IMG/VR virus record: IMGVR_UViG_3300022927_000007
Direction: 5' to 3' (one strand)
DNA: 64,000 nucleotides
Source: an uncultured virus (IMG/VR IMGVR_UViG_3300022927_000007)
Lineage: Duplodnaviria > Heunggongvirae > Uroviricota > Caudoviricetes
Shown here: positions 47,242 to 58,200 of the stretch, in pieces
How positions within the stretch are numbered: position 1 is the first letter of the stretch
Layout: each line of letters opens with the position of its first letter
The notes under the pieces: generated by a model
Databases searched by the model: none
The model's input: only the letters and a program-made list of their open reading frames with translations
What the model was told of the DNA's origin: nothing
Program-made: the position numbers and the translations under genes

Positions 47242-48716
47242 TACATTCCTCTTATATATTTTGTGTTATCGGGTAAATTTTCTGACTTCATATGATGTTG
47301 TTGAACATGGTATAGATATGCACTATCACTTAACACTACATCATTATTATAGTTCAATTCTTTACGTGCAACTATATCTGTTAATGCGCCAGTACCAGTT
47401 AAAACAAAACTCCATAGTGGCCATCCGGCACTTCCTTCTTGTCTTGGAAATAGTGTAGCATTAGGAACTCTGTGTTTGCATATTTCGTGAATGGAGTTTA
47501 CAAAATCAGTTTTTGTTGCACCGCTATCAATATGTTTCCAAAATTCTGTATCATTTCTGCCGCAGGTATAATGTGCTACAAGAAAATCTTTCATTGTATC
47601 GTACAAGTGTCCATTAACTTTATTGTAGTTTTCTACTTGTGCATCATTACATGTTTCTTGGACATGTGATCCTAAACAACCAAATATAAAATGTTTTAAT
47701 TGGAAAATAGTTGTATGAATACTAGTTGCTTCTAACGGTTCAGCAAACGCCGCACACAAGCCAATTGACAATACGTTTTTAATCCACAACTTTTCTTGAC
47801 GGCCACTATCAAACTTTAATAATCTAATTGGATCAACTTTGCGTCCAATTGTTTGCTCTAGTTCAGCATGTGCTTGATCAGGGGTAACAAAGTCATCACA
47901 AAATACATATCCGCATCCTCTCCGATTCTTTGTCGGAATCTGCCAACACCATCCATTGTTCTGCGCCCATGCATTAGTAACAGGTTCAATAATTTCATCA
48001 TCTTCATACGGTAATAAAAATGGTAAGGCACTATTTACAGGCAAGTTTTCTTTATAACTTTTCCATTTTCCACCTACTGCTTTCATTAGCACTTGATTAA
48101 ATCCACTAGCATCAATAAACATATCTCCAATTACAGATTGACCATTAGATAAATTTAGTTTTTCAATGTATCCTGACTCACTGTTAAGTATAACATCATT
48201 TACTTCACTGTCAATATGTTCAGCATTACTAATCTTTTTAAAGTATTGTCCTACTTTGTGAGCATCAAAATGATAAGCGTGATTTCCTGCTGGCTCTACA
48301 AAACTGTTTTTATTATGATGTATTTTATAACCTAATTCTGTTGAAATATGTAATAAGTTATTATCTCGGTAACCTAGTGCATGCTGAAAAATAAGATCAG
48401 ACCGATCATTTGATGTTGGGCTACCGTCAATTGGACCTATGTAAAACTTACTAGGATCTTTGTTCCACCCAATATGTTTAATACCTAGTTTAATAGTAGC
48501 ATCACATTCTTTAATAAAATCTTGTTCATTACATCCAAGATCCCACATCTCATTTTGTACAATGTTAGTTAGTGATCCAGTTGATCCTTCACCAGCACCG
48601 ATAATACCTATCTTAGAGCTTTCAATTACAGTAACTTTATGTTCAGAACGTATTTTTGAAATCATTAGCGCGGCTAGCCAGCCGGCAGTGCCTCCACCGA
48701 CAATAACTATTTTCAT
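47241..48716 (-). CDS. Flavin-dependent halogenase-like protein
   Basis: IVGGGTAG, IGAGEGS, DATIKLGI, GWCWQIP, FAEPLEATS. Confidence 0.88.
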   Translation of the reverse strand: MKIVIVGGGTAGWLAALMISKIRSEHKVTVIESSKIGIIGAGEGSTGSLTNIVQNEMWDLGCNEQDFIKECDATIKLGIKHIGWNKDPSKFYIGPIDGSPTSNDRSDLIFQHALGYRDNNLLHISTELGYKIHHNKNSFVEPAGNHAYHFDAHKVGQYFKKISNAEHIDSEVNDVILNSESGYIEKLNLSNGQSVIGDMFIDASGFNQVLMKAVGGKWKSYKENLPVNSALPFLLPYEDDEIIEPVTNAWAQNNGWCWQIPTKNRRGCGYVFCDDFVTPDQAHAELEQTIGRKVDPIRLLKFDSGRQEKLWIKNVLSIGLCAAFAEPLEATSIHTTIFQLKHFIFGCLGSHVQETCNDAQVENYNKVNGHLYDTMKDFLVAHYTCGRNDTEFWKHIDSGATKTDFVNSIHEICKHRVPNATLFPRQEGSAGWPLWSFVLTGTGALTDIVARKELNYNNDVVLSDSAYLYHVQQHHMKSENLPDNTKYIRGM

Positions 48717-50224
48717 ACCAGCGATCCTCTATCGCCCCTAGCCTGGGCTAACTGAAACCAATCTAGTCCTAAGTTAGTTGATTTGATAGCATCTGTATGC
48801 TTTAAACTAGTGTGCATTCTAATCTCTTCTGCTTTTTGAAAATCATGTAACAAAAAATCAATCTCCTGTGGTGGCATATAGTTTAAATCTACGTTTACAG
48901 GATAACCCATTTGTATTAACCATAAGTGCCAATTAGGCGGATGGAATAATGTTCTTGATTGGACAGGAGTGTAAAATTTACGTTGTGGATCTTTTAACCA
49001 ATCCTCATACCATAGATGTTTTTCTGATTTTACATGTGTTTCTTTTACATAATTCCAGAATGGCGTATCCCATTCTGTGTCAGCATAATGACTGTTTACA
49101 AAATCAACAGCGTCATTATACCAAACTTCCATTTCTCTATTGTAGGTTTCTATATTAGTATCATTATAAGCGTATTGAGGGATCATATCCATTAGTTTCT
49201 CAACACCCGTAGTCATACTAGCAAGTCCAGTTGATTCTAGCGGTTCGATAAATCCACCACTTAATCCAATCGAAACAACGTTGCCCTCCCAAAAGTTTTT
49301 ACTGTAGTAAGGTACCCAATCAATTAATTTTAAATCTTCTGGTTTGATTCGATTATTCCAATGCTCACAGAAATAGCGTTTTGCCTCTTCTACGTCTGTA
49401 ATATCCTTGTTAAATACTAGTCCTGAACCAATACGTGATTGTACTGGAATTTTCCAAATCCATCCATGATCAACAGCAGGACATTTTACATATGGTACAC
49501 ATTCTTTTTCAAAATCATCATATGGAATGTGTCCAGCAACAGCGGCATTAGTAAACAATCTACCTTCACCTAGCAGTTCTACCCTGTCTGCTTCTTTAAG
49601 TATACTTGCAAATCCTGTACAATCAATAAAAAAATCACTATGATGAACAACACCATTTTTAAGTTCTACGCTGGTTACATTATTTCCGTCTTTGTTTACT
49701 TTAACAACATCACTTTTAATTACAGTTACATTATTTTGACAAATTCTTTGTAATTCAGTTACTAATTTACCTGCATCAATATGATACGCTAAGGTTTCAA
49801 ATGCTCCCCACATATCTAATTTATTCATCATGTTAACTTCGTATGTAGGTACAGATGTAGTTTTGAAATCTAAATTTTGGTGTTGCGCCCAAAGATCATA
49901 CGCTGTACATCCTTGAGTGAAATAACTTCTATTCAAGTAAAAAGGATGCCACACATTGTTTTCTGGCTTCCGCCATCCAGGAAATTCAATTCCTGATTTA
50001 TAAGTTGCATCAATATTAGCAAACCATTGGGGTAGATTAATTCCGCACTTTCTTAAAAAATGCGGAAAAGTTAAAACGGTTGCTTCACCAACGCCAATAG
50101 GATTACCTACTTCTTTGTCAATTACTGTAACAGGTAAATCCCAAAAGTTATTTTGAATATAAGTAGCCGCAAGCCATGCCGCTGATCCACCACCTACTAT
50201 AGTAATGTTTTTAATTTTCTTCAT
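48713..50224 (-). CDS. Flavin-dependent halogenase-like protein
   Basis: IVGGGSAA, IGVGEAT, DATYKSGIEF, GWIWKIP, FIEPLESTG. Confidence 0.9.
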   Translation of the reverse strand: MKKIKNITIVGGGSAAWLAATYIQNNFWDLPVTVIDKEVGNPIGVGEATVLTFPHFLRKCGINLPQWFANIDATYKSGIEFPGWRKPENNVWHPFYLNRSYFTQGCTAYDLWAQHQNLDFKTTSVPTYEVNMMNKLDMWGAFETLAYHIDAGKLVTELQRICQNNVTVIKSDVVKVNKDGNNVTSVELKNGVVHHSDFFIDCTGFASILKEADRVELLGEGRLFTNAAVAGHIPYDDFEKECVPYVKCPAVDHGWIWKIPVQSRIGSGLVFNKDITDVEEAKRYFCEHWNNRIKPEDLKLIDWVPYYSKNFWEGNVVSIGLSGGFIEPLESTGLASMTTGVEKLMDMIPQYAYNDTNIETYNREMEVWYNDAVDFVNSHYADTEWDTPFWNYVKETHVKSEKHLWYEDWLKDPQRKFYTPVQSRTLFHPPNWHLWLIQMGYPVNVDLNYMPPQEIDFLLHDFQKAEEIRMHTSLKHTDAIKSTNLGLDWFQLAQARGDRGSLV

Positions 50225-50660
50225 TTTCTAAAAATCCTATTAAATCAAAAACTGTTTTTAATTTTGTTTGATTTGATTTATTTTGCAAAGTGCTACGTAA
50301 TCCCATATGTAAAGGCATAGGCCACTTTCCAAAACTAACCCATGCATATCCATCGTGTTCGGCATTAAGTACAGGTAAAAATTCTTCTTTTATAACTACT
50401 AGATACGTATGAAAGCTAAATTTTTCGTCAGTACTAACAAATGTTTCAAGGGGAATAGTTTTGATTATATTAGGTAATCCACCTACTTCTTCGTGAATTT
50501 CTCGTTGCAAAGCAGGCCAAGGGAGTTCATCCTTACCGTTAGTGCCGCCAACAAGTCCCCAAACATTTTTTTGTTTGCTTTGTGTGCGGTGTAATAATAA
50601 GAATCGTTTCGTACTTAGCGAATAAATTAATGCTCCGCTACAAATTATCTCATGGTTCAT
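50211..50660 (-). CDS. NUDIX hydrolase
   Basis: WGLVGGTNGKDELPWPALQREIHEEVG Nudix box; LNAEHDGYAW. Confidence 0.85.
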   Translation of the reverse strand: MNHEIICSGALIYSLSTKRFLLLHRTQSKQKNVWGLVGGTNGKDELPWPALQREIHEEVGGLPNIIKTIPLETFVSTDEKFSFHTYLVVIKEEFLPVLNAEHDGYAWVSFGKWPMPLHMGLRSTLQNKSNQTKLKTVFDLIGFLENEEN

Positions 50661-50673
50661 ATAACTAGTTATC

Positions 50674-52209
50674 TTAGAATGCTAGTCGCCATGTTCCTTT
50701 TCGGTATAATCCTTCGAACGATAAAATCCAATCAGATCCGGTCCATCTGTACTGAATTCCAGTGTTAAGATTAGTAACATACTTTGTAGTTGTACCTGGG
50801 TCTGCACTAGCATCAAATACGATATGCCATTGATATCCATCCCATTCTACAATGTCGTTTTCGTTTGCTACAAAATCTGTACCGTCTGCATTTTTCCAAG
50901 CATCTGGACCATCATACGGGTCTCTACTACTTCCGTCATTTGGATCTTGGCCAAATGTCATTAATCCGCCAACATTTTCACTGTTATTTAGATTGCCAAG
51001 TAATAGTACTCTTGCTCCAGCATCTGTTGGATCTACATCTGGATTATATTTTTCAGGATCGATAATTAAATCTACACTTCCAGTATTGTTTCTTCCGCTA
51101 ACAGTTGGAAAATCAGTATTTGTAGGTATAGTGTCTGGGTCCCATTGCACTAATAATTGTGTATCATCAAGAGAGTTTAATGTGACAACACCATTTACGC
51201 TATTAGTAACTGATTCTCCTTCGATTGTAACTCGTTGTACTTGTAATTGTGTAAGTCCGTTTTGAAAGCCAGGTCCTTCTGGAGCTCCTTCTAAGAATTT
51301 AGGCCAAGATACTCCACCGAGTCTACCTTTATATATTAGTTGTGCAATTCCGTTGAGTACTTGCATATCAAAACTACCCCAACTAGATGCCATTACGTTT
51401 CCTGTAAGACTGCTAGTATCAAACGGACCATTGCCAGCCGGGGTAAAGTTATTAGGATCTGTACCTCTCATTGCAGGACGATTTGTATCAGTCCATGCAA
51501 GTAATTCTGGTTGTGATGTACCTAACGAAATACTTCCTCTTGATTCGTCAAATATACTCATTACGACATCAGTAATAACACCGAGCTTTTTAACTTTAAC
51601 TGGCATATTAATATAGATAGGTGTTGTAAATCCTAATTGCGCTACATCAATATCACTTTCTGTACCAATTGGAATTGATCTACTACTAAAACTCATAGAT
51701 GTAAGTTCAACACTAGTTAAACTACTCCAGTCAATATAGTTGTCTGTAGTTTGTATTTCTAAACTAGGATTAAACAGCATTAATATCTGTTCAAGTATTT
51801 GTAATTTTTGATCTGTATTAGTTGACCATATATCTACATTTATGTTAAGTGTATATGGACTTGGCATAATACGTTCGACTGTATAATTTTTTCCTTGAGT
51901 GTTTAAGTACTCTTTATTTTCGACATCATAAGCACGTTCACGAATATTAACTTTATTAGTATATGTAGAATCAGCTGTCCTTGATCTGTCTTGTTCAAGT
52001 CCAGTAATATATACACCAATACGAGGTGCACTCGGAACTTTATTTTCGGAATTGTCTCTAAGAATATGTCCTACTTGACGTGTAATATCTCCATATAAAA
52101 CAGGTACTTGTACTATTTTACCGTCGCCGTCTTTATACGAAAAGTTACTAAACAACCTTACTAATTGTGTAACATATCTTCTTATTTGACCATCATAGAA
52201 ATGTTGCAT
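50674..52209 (-). CDS. gp15: Tail sheath stabiliser/terminator (T4 gp15-like) with C-terminal extension
   Basis: HFYDGQIRRY...FSNF...VPVLYG, PSPYTL, QILEQILMLFNP. Confidence 0.8.
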   Translation of the reverse strand: MQHFYDGQIRRYVTQLVRLFSNFSYKDGDGKIVQVPVLYGDITRQVGHILRDNSENKVPSAPRIGVYITGLEQDRSRTADSTYTNKVNIRERAYDVENKEYLNTQGKNYTVERIMPSPYTLNINVDIWSTNTDQKLQILEQILMLFNPSLEIQTTDNYIDWSSLTSVELTSMSFSSRSIPIGTESDIDVAQLGFTTPIYINMPVKVKKLGVITDVVMSIFDESRGSISLGTSQPELLAWTDTNRPAMRGTDPNNFTPAGNGPFDTSSLTGNVMASSWGSFDMQVLNGIAQLIYKGRLGGVSWPKFLEGAPEGPGFQNGLTQLQVQRVTIEGESVTNSVNGVVTLNSLDDTQLLVQWDPDTIPTNTDFPTVSGRNNTGSVDLIIDPEKYNPDVDPTDAGARVLLLGNLNNSENVGGLMTFGQDPNDGSSRDPYDGPDAWKNADGTDFVANENDIVEWDGYQWHIVFDASADPGTTTKYVTNLNTGIQYRWTGSDWILSFEGLYRKGTWRLAF

Positions 52210-53372
52210 TAATTATCCGCCTTTGGTCTAAGTGCTTTCGAAATACTTTGTCTTTCAACAGTCTCTTCGCCGCCAATAGTATCAGTATTAGTGTTATTAA
52301 TAAAGCTACCTTTTTGTGTTTTCTTAGTATCAGTATTACTCAGCGTCATACGTACTTTATCTTCCATTTTAACCCACATTGATCCATTGTATCTAAACAA
52401 TCTATTTGGAAACATATCAACTCTTAAGAAATAGTCGCCTTCAACACTAGTTGTAGGGAAACTGATTCCGCTACCAAATGCTTCACCATTGGGTGCAATT
52501 CCGTCTCCAATCAAATATCCCTGATATCCATTTCTATCAGGTGTTTGATTAACTCTACTTGCATCTAAATTTCCACTAGCAATACTAGCATCAATGTCAT
52601 TTTGATCAGCTCTAACTACTTCTGGAATATTATTTTCATCAACTTGTAATGTAAAGAAACTTGTAGTATCATAACCTGACATATCTGCATCTGCTTCAGC
52701 TTGCGAAATAATTGCATTATTAATTTGCATTTCTTTTTCGTAAGTTGATAATACATCACGTAATGTTTGTGAACTACCTTCTTCAGTTGGCAAGTCAAGA
52801 ATTTCTTTAAACTCTTGACTATCCATAATCTGTTTCATTTTAACACGATACAAATGCGGATACCAAGTAGGACTAAATCCTTCGCTTGCACGATTAACAT
52901 CTTCTACAACATAAAATCTTTTTAATGCTACACTATAATCATTTAATGCAAATTCGTCTTTTAGATGCGGCAATTCAATTACATCTCCTGCCATAATTTT
53001 TCGACCCAGTGCCTTAACACTGTAATTAATAGGTATTGTCATAAAAACAATATCGTTTTGTAAGAACAATCCAAATTGACTCATGTCAAAATCTACATCA
53101 CTTACGTTGTAGATTCCTCTCATAGTATAAATGTTTGGATCGTATTTTCTATCTCTGTTTTCCATAAACAACATATCTTGTATGTTAGTTTCTTTAACAG
53201 CATCATAACGAGGTTGATCAGCAGTTGCATCTACTTCCTCTGGGTTCTTAGGACCTAAGTATTTGTGAACAAATACGTCGGTACCTCCGACAGTAAACAT
53301 CTCTGTTATAGTCTTATCTAAGAAATCGTAATCTTTCCCTCTTTCGGGTTTATATAAACTGAGTCTTGGCAT
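52209..53372 (-). CDS. gp14: Neck protein (T4 gp14-like)
   Basis: Likely start is MPRLSLY at 53372, 8 nt after TAAATA. EMFTVGGTDVFVH, SQFGLFL, GDVIELP; positioned between gp13 and gp15. Confidence 0.6.
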   Translation of the reverse strand: MPRLSLYKPERGKDYDFLDKTITEMFTVGGTDVFVHKYLGPKNPEEVDATADQPRYDAVKETNIQDMLFMENRDRKYDPNIYTMRGIYNVSDVDFDMSQFGLFLQNDIVFMTIPINYSVKALGRKIMAGDVIELPHLKDEFALNDYSVALKRFYVVEDVNRASEGFSPTWYPHLYRVKMKQIMDSQEFKEILDLPTEEGSSQTLRDVLSTYEKEMQINNAIISQAEADADMSGYDTTSFFTLQVDENNIPEVVRADQNDIDASIASGNLDASRVNQTPDRNGYQGYLIGDGIAPNGEAFGSGISFPTTSVEGDYFLRVDMFPNRLFRYNGSMWVKMEDKVRMTLSNTDTKKTQKGSFINNTNTDTIGGEETVERQSISKALRPKADN

Positions 53373-53380
53373 AGTAATGT

Positions 53381-53400
53381 TATTTATCGTTGCATAAATA
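53381..53400. promoter_or_regulatory. Back-to-back divergent late promoters
   Basis: TATTTA (53381-53386; TAAATA on the - strand) and TAAATA (53395-53400; + strand), 8 nt apart, between gp14 and gp13. Confidence 0.7.
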
Positions 53401-53421
53401 GTATAGCGGAGATGAAAGAAC

Positions 53422-54183
53422 ATGGCTAATAATATTAACACAAAAAGACAAGAAGTTTACAAGTATGTAGAACTTAATCTAGGCGGCGGCATGATTGACG
53501 TTGAATTAGATCCGGATCACTACGAAACAGCATTAAATACAGCACTTGCAAAATTTAGACAGCGTTCTGATAACAGTGTTGAAGAATCGTATTTTTTCTT
53601 GCCAACAGTTATTGATCAAAATGATTATATATTACCAGACGAAGTTATGGAAGTTAGACAAATTTTCCGCAGATCAATAGGGTCAAGAACAGGCGGTGGC
53701 GATGGCGGAACATTGTTCGAACCATTCAATATGGCTTACACAAATACCTATTTGCTAAGTTCTTCTAATATGGGCGGTCTTGCTACGTATGCAATGTTTG
53801 CAGGATACCAAGAACTAGTAGGACGCATGTTTGGATCATTCATTGAATTTAAATGGAATAGATCTAACAAAAAACTTACAATTCTACAACGATCAAGAGC
53901 AGAAGAAGAGTTACTACTATATGTGTATAACTATAGACCCGACTTTGAACTGCTAGACGACTATCTAGCAAGCCAGTGGATTAAAGATTACACACTTGCA
54001 AAATGCAAATATATGCTAGGCGAAGCACGTAGTAAATTTGCTACCATTGCAGGACCACAAGGTGGTAGTAGTCTTAATGGTGATGCCCTTAAAGCAGAAG
54101 CCGCTGCCGAGTTAGAAAAGTTAGAAAACGATGTAGCAATGGCTGTACCAGGCGGCACAGGATACGGATTCACAATCGGCTAA
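53422..54183 (+). CDS. gp13: Neck protein (T4 gp13-like)
   Basis: YVELNLGGGMIDVELDPDHY, WIKDYTLAKCKYMLGEARSKF..IAGPQGG..LNG. Confidence 0.85.
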   Translation: MANNINTKRQEVYKYVELNLGGGMIDVELDPDHYETALNTALAKFRQRSDNSVEESYFFLPTVIDQNDYILPDEVMEVRQIFRRSIGSRTGGGDGGTLFEPFNMAYTNTYLLSSSNMGGLATYAMFAGYQELVGRMFGSFIEFKWNRSNKKLTILQRSRAEEELLLYVYNYRPDFELLDDYLASQWIKDYTLAKCKYMLGEARSKFATIAGPQGGSSLNGDALKAEAAAELEKLENDVAMAVPGGTGYGFTIG

Positions 54184-54191
54184 CATAAAGG

Positions 54192-54220
54192 TTGACACTT
54201 TATAAATTATTATGTATAAT
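54192..54220 (+). promoter_or_regulatory. Consensus sigma70 promoter
   Basis: TTGACA (54192-54197), 17 nt spacer, TATAAT (54215-54220), upstream of dNMP kinase. Confidence 0.85.
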
Positions 54221-54245
54221 ATATGTAAATTTGTAAGGATTCGTC

Positions 54246-54872
54246 ATGATTATAGGTATTTGTGGATTAATTGGTAGTGGTAAAGGTACCGTTGCTGATA
54301 TTCTTGTAGAAGAACACAATTTCCAAAAGATTAGTTTCGCAGATAAACTTAAAGATGCTGTATCACTTTTGTTTGATTGGGATAGAGACATGCTTGAAGG
54401 CGACACTGCTGAAAGCAGATATTGGCGAGAACAACCGGATAATTTCTGGTCAAAAGAAACTGGCCGCACAATTACACCTAGATTAGTACTACAAGAATTT
54501 GGCACAGATTGTATGAGAAATGGATTCTATGACGGAGTTTGGGTTAGTTTTTTTAAAAAAACAGTATTAGATAATCCTAAAACTAATTTTGTAGTACCAG
54601 ACTGTCGTTTTGAAAACGAAGCAAGTATGATCAAAGAGCTTGGCGGAAATGTTTGGTGTGTAAAACGTGGACCTGATCCTTTATGGTTTAGACAATACAT
54701 TGATTTAGATATACAACCAACAGACGTACATATGTCAGAATGGGCTTGGGCCAAAGTTCCATTTGATTTTAATATCTATAACGAAGGTACTCTTGACGAT
54801 CTTAAAAGTCAGGTACAAGGTCGCCTTGCTTCCACCTTACGCCTTGCTTCTGTAGTACCCTCTGACAGTTAG
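54246..54872 (+). CDS. Deoxynucleoside monophosphate kinase (T4 gp1-like)
   Basis: IIGICGLIGSGKGT, SFADKLK, TPRLVLQEFGTD, DCRFENE, HMSE. Confidence 0.9.
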   Translation: MIIGICGLIGSGKGTVADILVEEHNFQKISFADKLKDAVSLLFDWDRDMLEGDTAESRYWREQPDNFWSKETGRTITPRLVLQEFGTDCMRNGFYDGVWVSFFKKTVLDNPKTNFVVPDCRFENEASMIKELGGNVWCVKRGPDPLWFRQYIDLDIQPTDVHMSEWAWAKVPFDFNIYNEGTLDDLKSQVQGRLASTLRLASVVPSDS

Positions 54873-55140
54873 CACATATTGTTTTTAAGTTACTGTGCAA
54901 CGTGTTAGATAAATCACCATCTATATGGTATACATTAAATTGTTCTTTATGTAGTGATTTGAATCCGCATTTTTCGCATTGCTCTTTTTGACGATATCCG
55001 TTCTGATACCATTTAGGAATACCCCATTTTTTCTGTCCGTGATGTAAACAAGTATCACACGATTTCCTATAATAAGTTTTACCGTCTTTTTTATAGTTTA
55101 CGGCCGCCGGCCTGTATCCACATTTACACAAAGGTCTCAT
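54802..55140 (-). CDS. Small Zn-finger/HNH-like protein
   Basis: Start MRPLCKCG at 55140. CxC, CxxC, CEKCGF, YHIDGDLSN...NLKTICANCQR. Overlaps the kinase 3' end convergently. Confidence 0.75.
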   Translation of the reverse strand: MRPLCKCGYRPAAVNYKKDGKTYYRKSCDTCLHHGQKKWGIPKWYQNGYRQKEQCEKCGFKSLHKEQFNVYHIDGDLSNTLHSNLKTICANCQRVLQKQGVRWKQGDLVPDF

Positions 55141-55208
55141 AATACTATTTACCATACCTTTACACCACCTTTTATTCGGTGTTTCTCCATACTTTTTTAA
55201 TCAAATCA

Positions 55209-55216
55209 TATAAATA
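55209..55216 (+). promoter_or_regulatory. T4 late promoter, exact consensus
   Basis: TATAAATA upstream of the tail sheath gene. Confidence 0.8.
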
Positions 55217-55255
55217 CTTTTAACAGTTGTTTTATTTTAACAGGAGAACTACAAA

Positions 55256-58200
55256 ATGGCATTAATATCACCAGGTGTACAAGTCAGTGTAATCGATGAA
55301 AGTTTTTACACACCAGCAGAACCAGGTACTACTCCAATGTTGTTTGTTGCGTCTAAACAGGACAAAGCAAACGCGGCAGGAACAGGTACAGCAAGAGGTA
55401 CAACAAAAGCGAACGCAGGCGTTCCATTCTTAATTACCTCACAAAGAGATTTAGCAGATACGTTTGGAGATCCAATCTTTCAAACTGATGCAAACAATAA
55501 CCCAGTAAACGGTGGGGAACTTAACGAGTATGGTCTACAAGCGGCTTACTCATATTTAGGAGTTTCAAACAGAGCGTTTGTTGTAAGAGCAGATGTTGAC
55601 TTAGGTGAACTAGAGCCAAGCGCAAGTGCGCCAGCGGCAGCTCCGGCAAACGGAACATATTGGTTTGATACTTCCCTAACAAAGTACGGAATTTTTGAAT
55701 GGAATTCAAATGCTGTGACTGTTACTGGTGGACAGTCATTTACAAATAAGATTCCATTGGTAATTACTTCTAACACTAATCTAGTTGGCGGATCAAATAC
55801 AGGACTTCCAAAAGCTAGTGTAGGACAAGTAGGCGACTATGCAGTAGTAACAACAACTACTACTAACAAAGTATACTACAAGAATTCCTCAGGAACATGG
55901 GTTAAAGTAGGAACAGCTGATTGGGTTGCAAGTCATCCAACTATTAAGGGAACAGCAACTAACCCAACACTAGTAAATGGTGAAACTATCATTATTAATG
56001 GTACAACTACTGCCGTTACTGGCGTAAATGTTACACAAATGGCAGCTGATATTAACGGCGCAGGCATTACTGGCGTAACAGCTGGAGTTGTCGATAGTAA
56101 GCTATACATTTACAGTGATGGTAGTTCTATTACTGACGGTGGAAGTGATGTTGACGGAGCAATTGAAATTGCCGCAGGTTCATCAGGTACACTACTAGCA
56201 GACTTAGGTTTGACAGCTGGAACATATTACGCACCGCAACTAATTATTGCACCGCACACTAACGTTCCAGGATTTAAATCATCTGATACACAGCCTAGAC
56301 CAACAGGTTCAGTTTGGTTTAAAATGACTGAAGCTAATTTAGGTGCTCAGATGAAAGTTAAAGTTTATAACTCAACAACTAAACTTTGGGCAGACAAAGC
56401 GGCTCCTGTGTATAAAACACACCAGGAAGCACTTTACAATTTAGATAAAACAGGCGGCGGAATTAACCTAGCACTAGGTACAGTTTATGTCCAGTCTCAT
56501 ACTACAGAAGCAGAAAATGAAGAATTAGACTTTACAATTTTTGCTAGATCAACTTCAGGAGCAACAAAGATTGTTTCAAGTCCTGTTACTGCAAGTAGTC
56601 TTACAGCAGGAACATACGGCTTTACAATGGCAGAAAGCGATCCAAACAAAGCAGCCATCCAAGGCGGCAAGGCAATTAGCATTACTGTTGCAGGAGCAAT
56701 TACTGATGCAGATGAAATTGCTGGCGCAATTAATTCAGCAGGATTTGAAAACATTGTAGCAAGCGTAGATGCTTCTAACAGAGTTGTAATTGAACACAAC
56801 GATGGAGGCGAAATCCGTATTGCAGATACAAATAGCGCACTAGGCGACATTGGCTTTGCGGCTTACAACTATTCAACTAAAGCAGGAACAGCAAACTTGT
56901 ATGCGGCTCCAGCAGGCGATAGTGTTTATGATTTCCATGCTTCAAATTGGAGAATCCTAACACAAACTGCCGGACCAGATGCACCAACAGCACTAACAAC
57001 TGATGGAGCATTGTGGTACAATTCAATTGTTGATGAAGTTGACATTATGGTACATAACGGTACCATTTGGAAGGGATATGCAAATGTTTATCCAGATGCT
57101 GATCCAACAGGACCAATTGTTTCTGCAACTGAACCTACTCAACAGACAGATGGATCATCTCCATTAGTAACTGGCGATTTATGGATTAGTACAGCAGATT
57201 TAGAGAACTATCCACAAGTACACAAGTACAATGCAGATTTACAAAAATGGATTGCATTAGACGAAGGTGATCAAACTACAGAAGATGGTATTTTGTTTGC
57301 TGATGCACGTTTTGGTACAAGCGGCGGTACAGCTACAGAAGCACCAAGTGGAACTATTCCTGAACTATTAGTAAGTGATTATCTAGACACAGATGCACCA
57401 GATCCTGCATTATATCCAAAAGGTATGTTGCTATGGAATCTACGCAGAAGTGGATTTAATGTTAAGAAATTTGTACGTAATTATGTAGATACTACAGCTA
57501 AAAACGTTCGTCAAGGTGATGTAAGTATGGCATTGTACTATCCACATCGTTGGGTAACAGAGTCAGCTAACCAACCAAATGGTGCAGGTAGCTTTGGACG
57601 TAAAGCACAGCGTAAAGTTGTTATCCAAGCACTACAAGCAATGGTTAACAGCAACCAAGATATCCGCGATGACGAATCAAGACTATTCAACGTTATGGCA
57701 ACTCCAGGTTATCCAGAACTAATTGGTGAAATGGTAAGCCTAAATTACGATAGAGGTTTAACAGCATTTATCGTTGGCGATAGTCCAATGAGACTAGCAT
57801 CCGATGCTACAACACTAAATGACTGGGGTAACAACGTTGCACTAGCAGTTGAAGATAACGATGATGGTGCAGTAAGCAGAGACGAATATTTAGGTATGTT
57901 CTATCCTAGCTTGTTTACTAGTGATAATGCTGGTAACAACATTATTGTTCCACCAAGTCACGGTATTATTAGAACACTTGCACTAAGTGATCAAGTTAGC
58001 TATCCATGGTTTGCACCAGCAGGTACAAGACGTGGTGGTATTACTAACGCAACAGCCGCAGGATACATTGATGCAGAAGGCGAATTTAAGTCAATTGCAC
58101 TAAACGAAGGTCAGCGCGATACACTATATTCACTTAATATTAACCCAATTACATTCCTAACAGGAGCAGGACTTGTTAACTACGGTCAAAAGACTCGTGC

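Noticed and set aside
26570..50660. Bacterial LPS island or prophage-host junction
   Set aside because: The enzyme genes are interleaved and translationally coupled with phage structural genes and share their composition and promoter motif. No integrase, att site or host housekeeping genes are present.
53373..53441. Longer N-terminus for the gp14-like ORF, and similar upstream starts at 55155 and 60415
   Set aside because: These extensions run through promoter motifs or overlap neighbouring genes. The downstream ATGs (53372, 55140, 60469) fit promoter or SD spacing.
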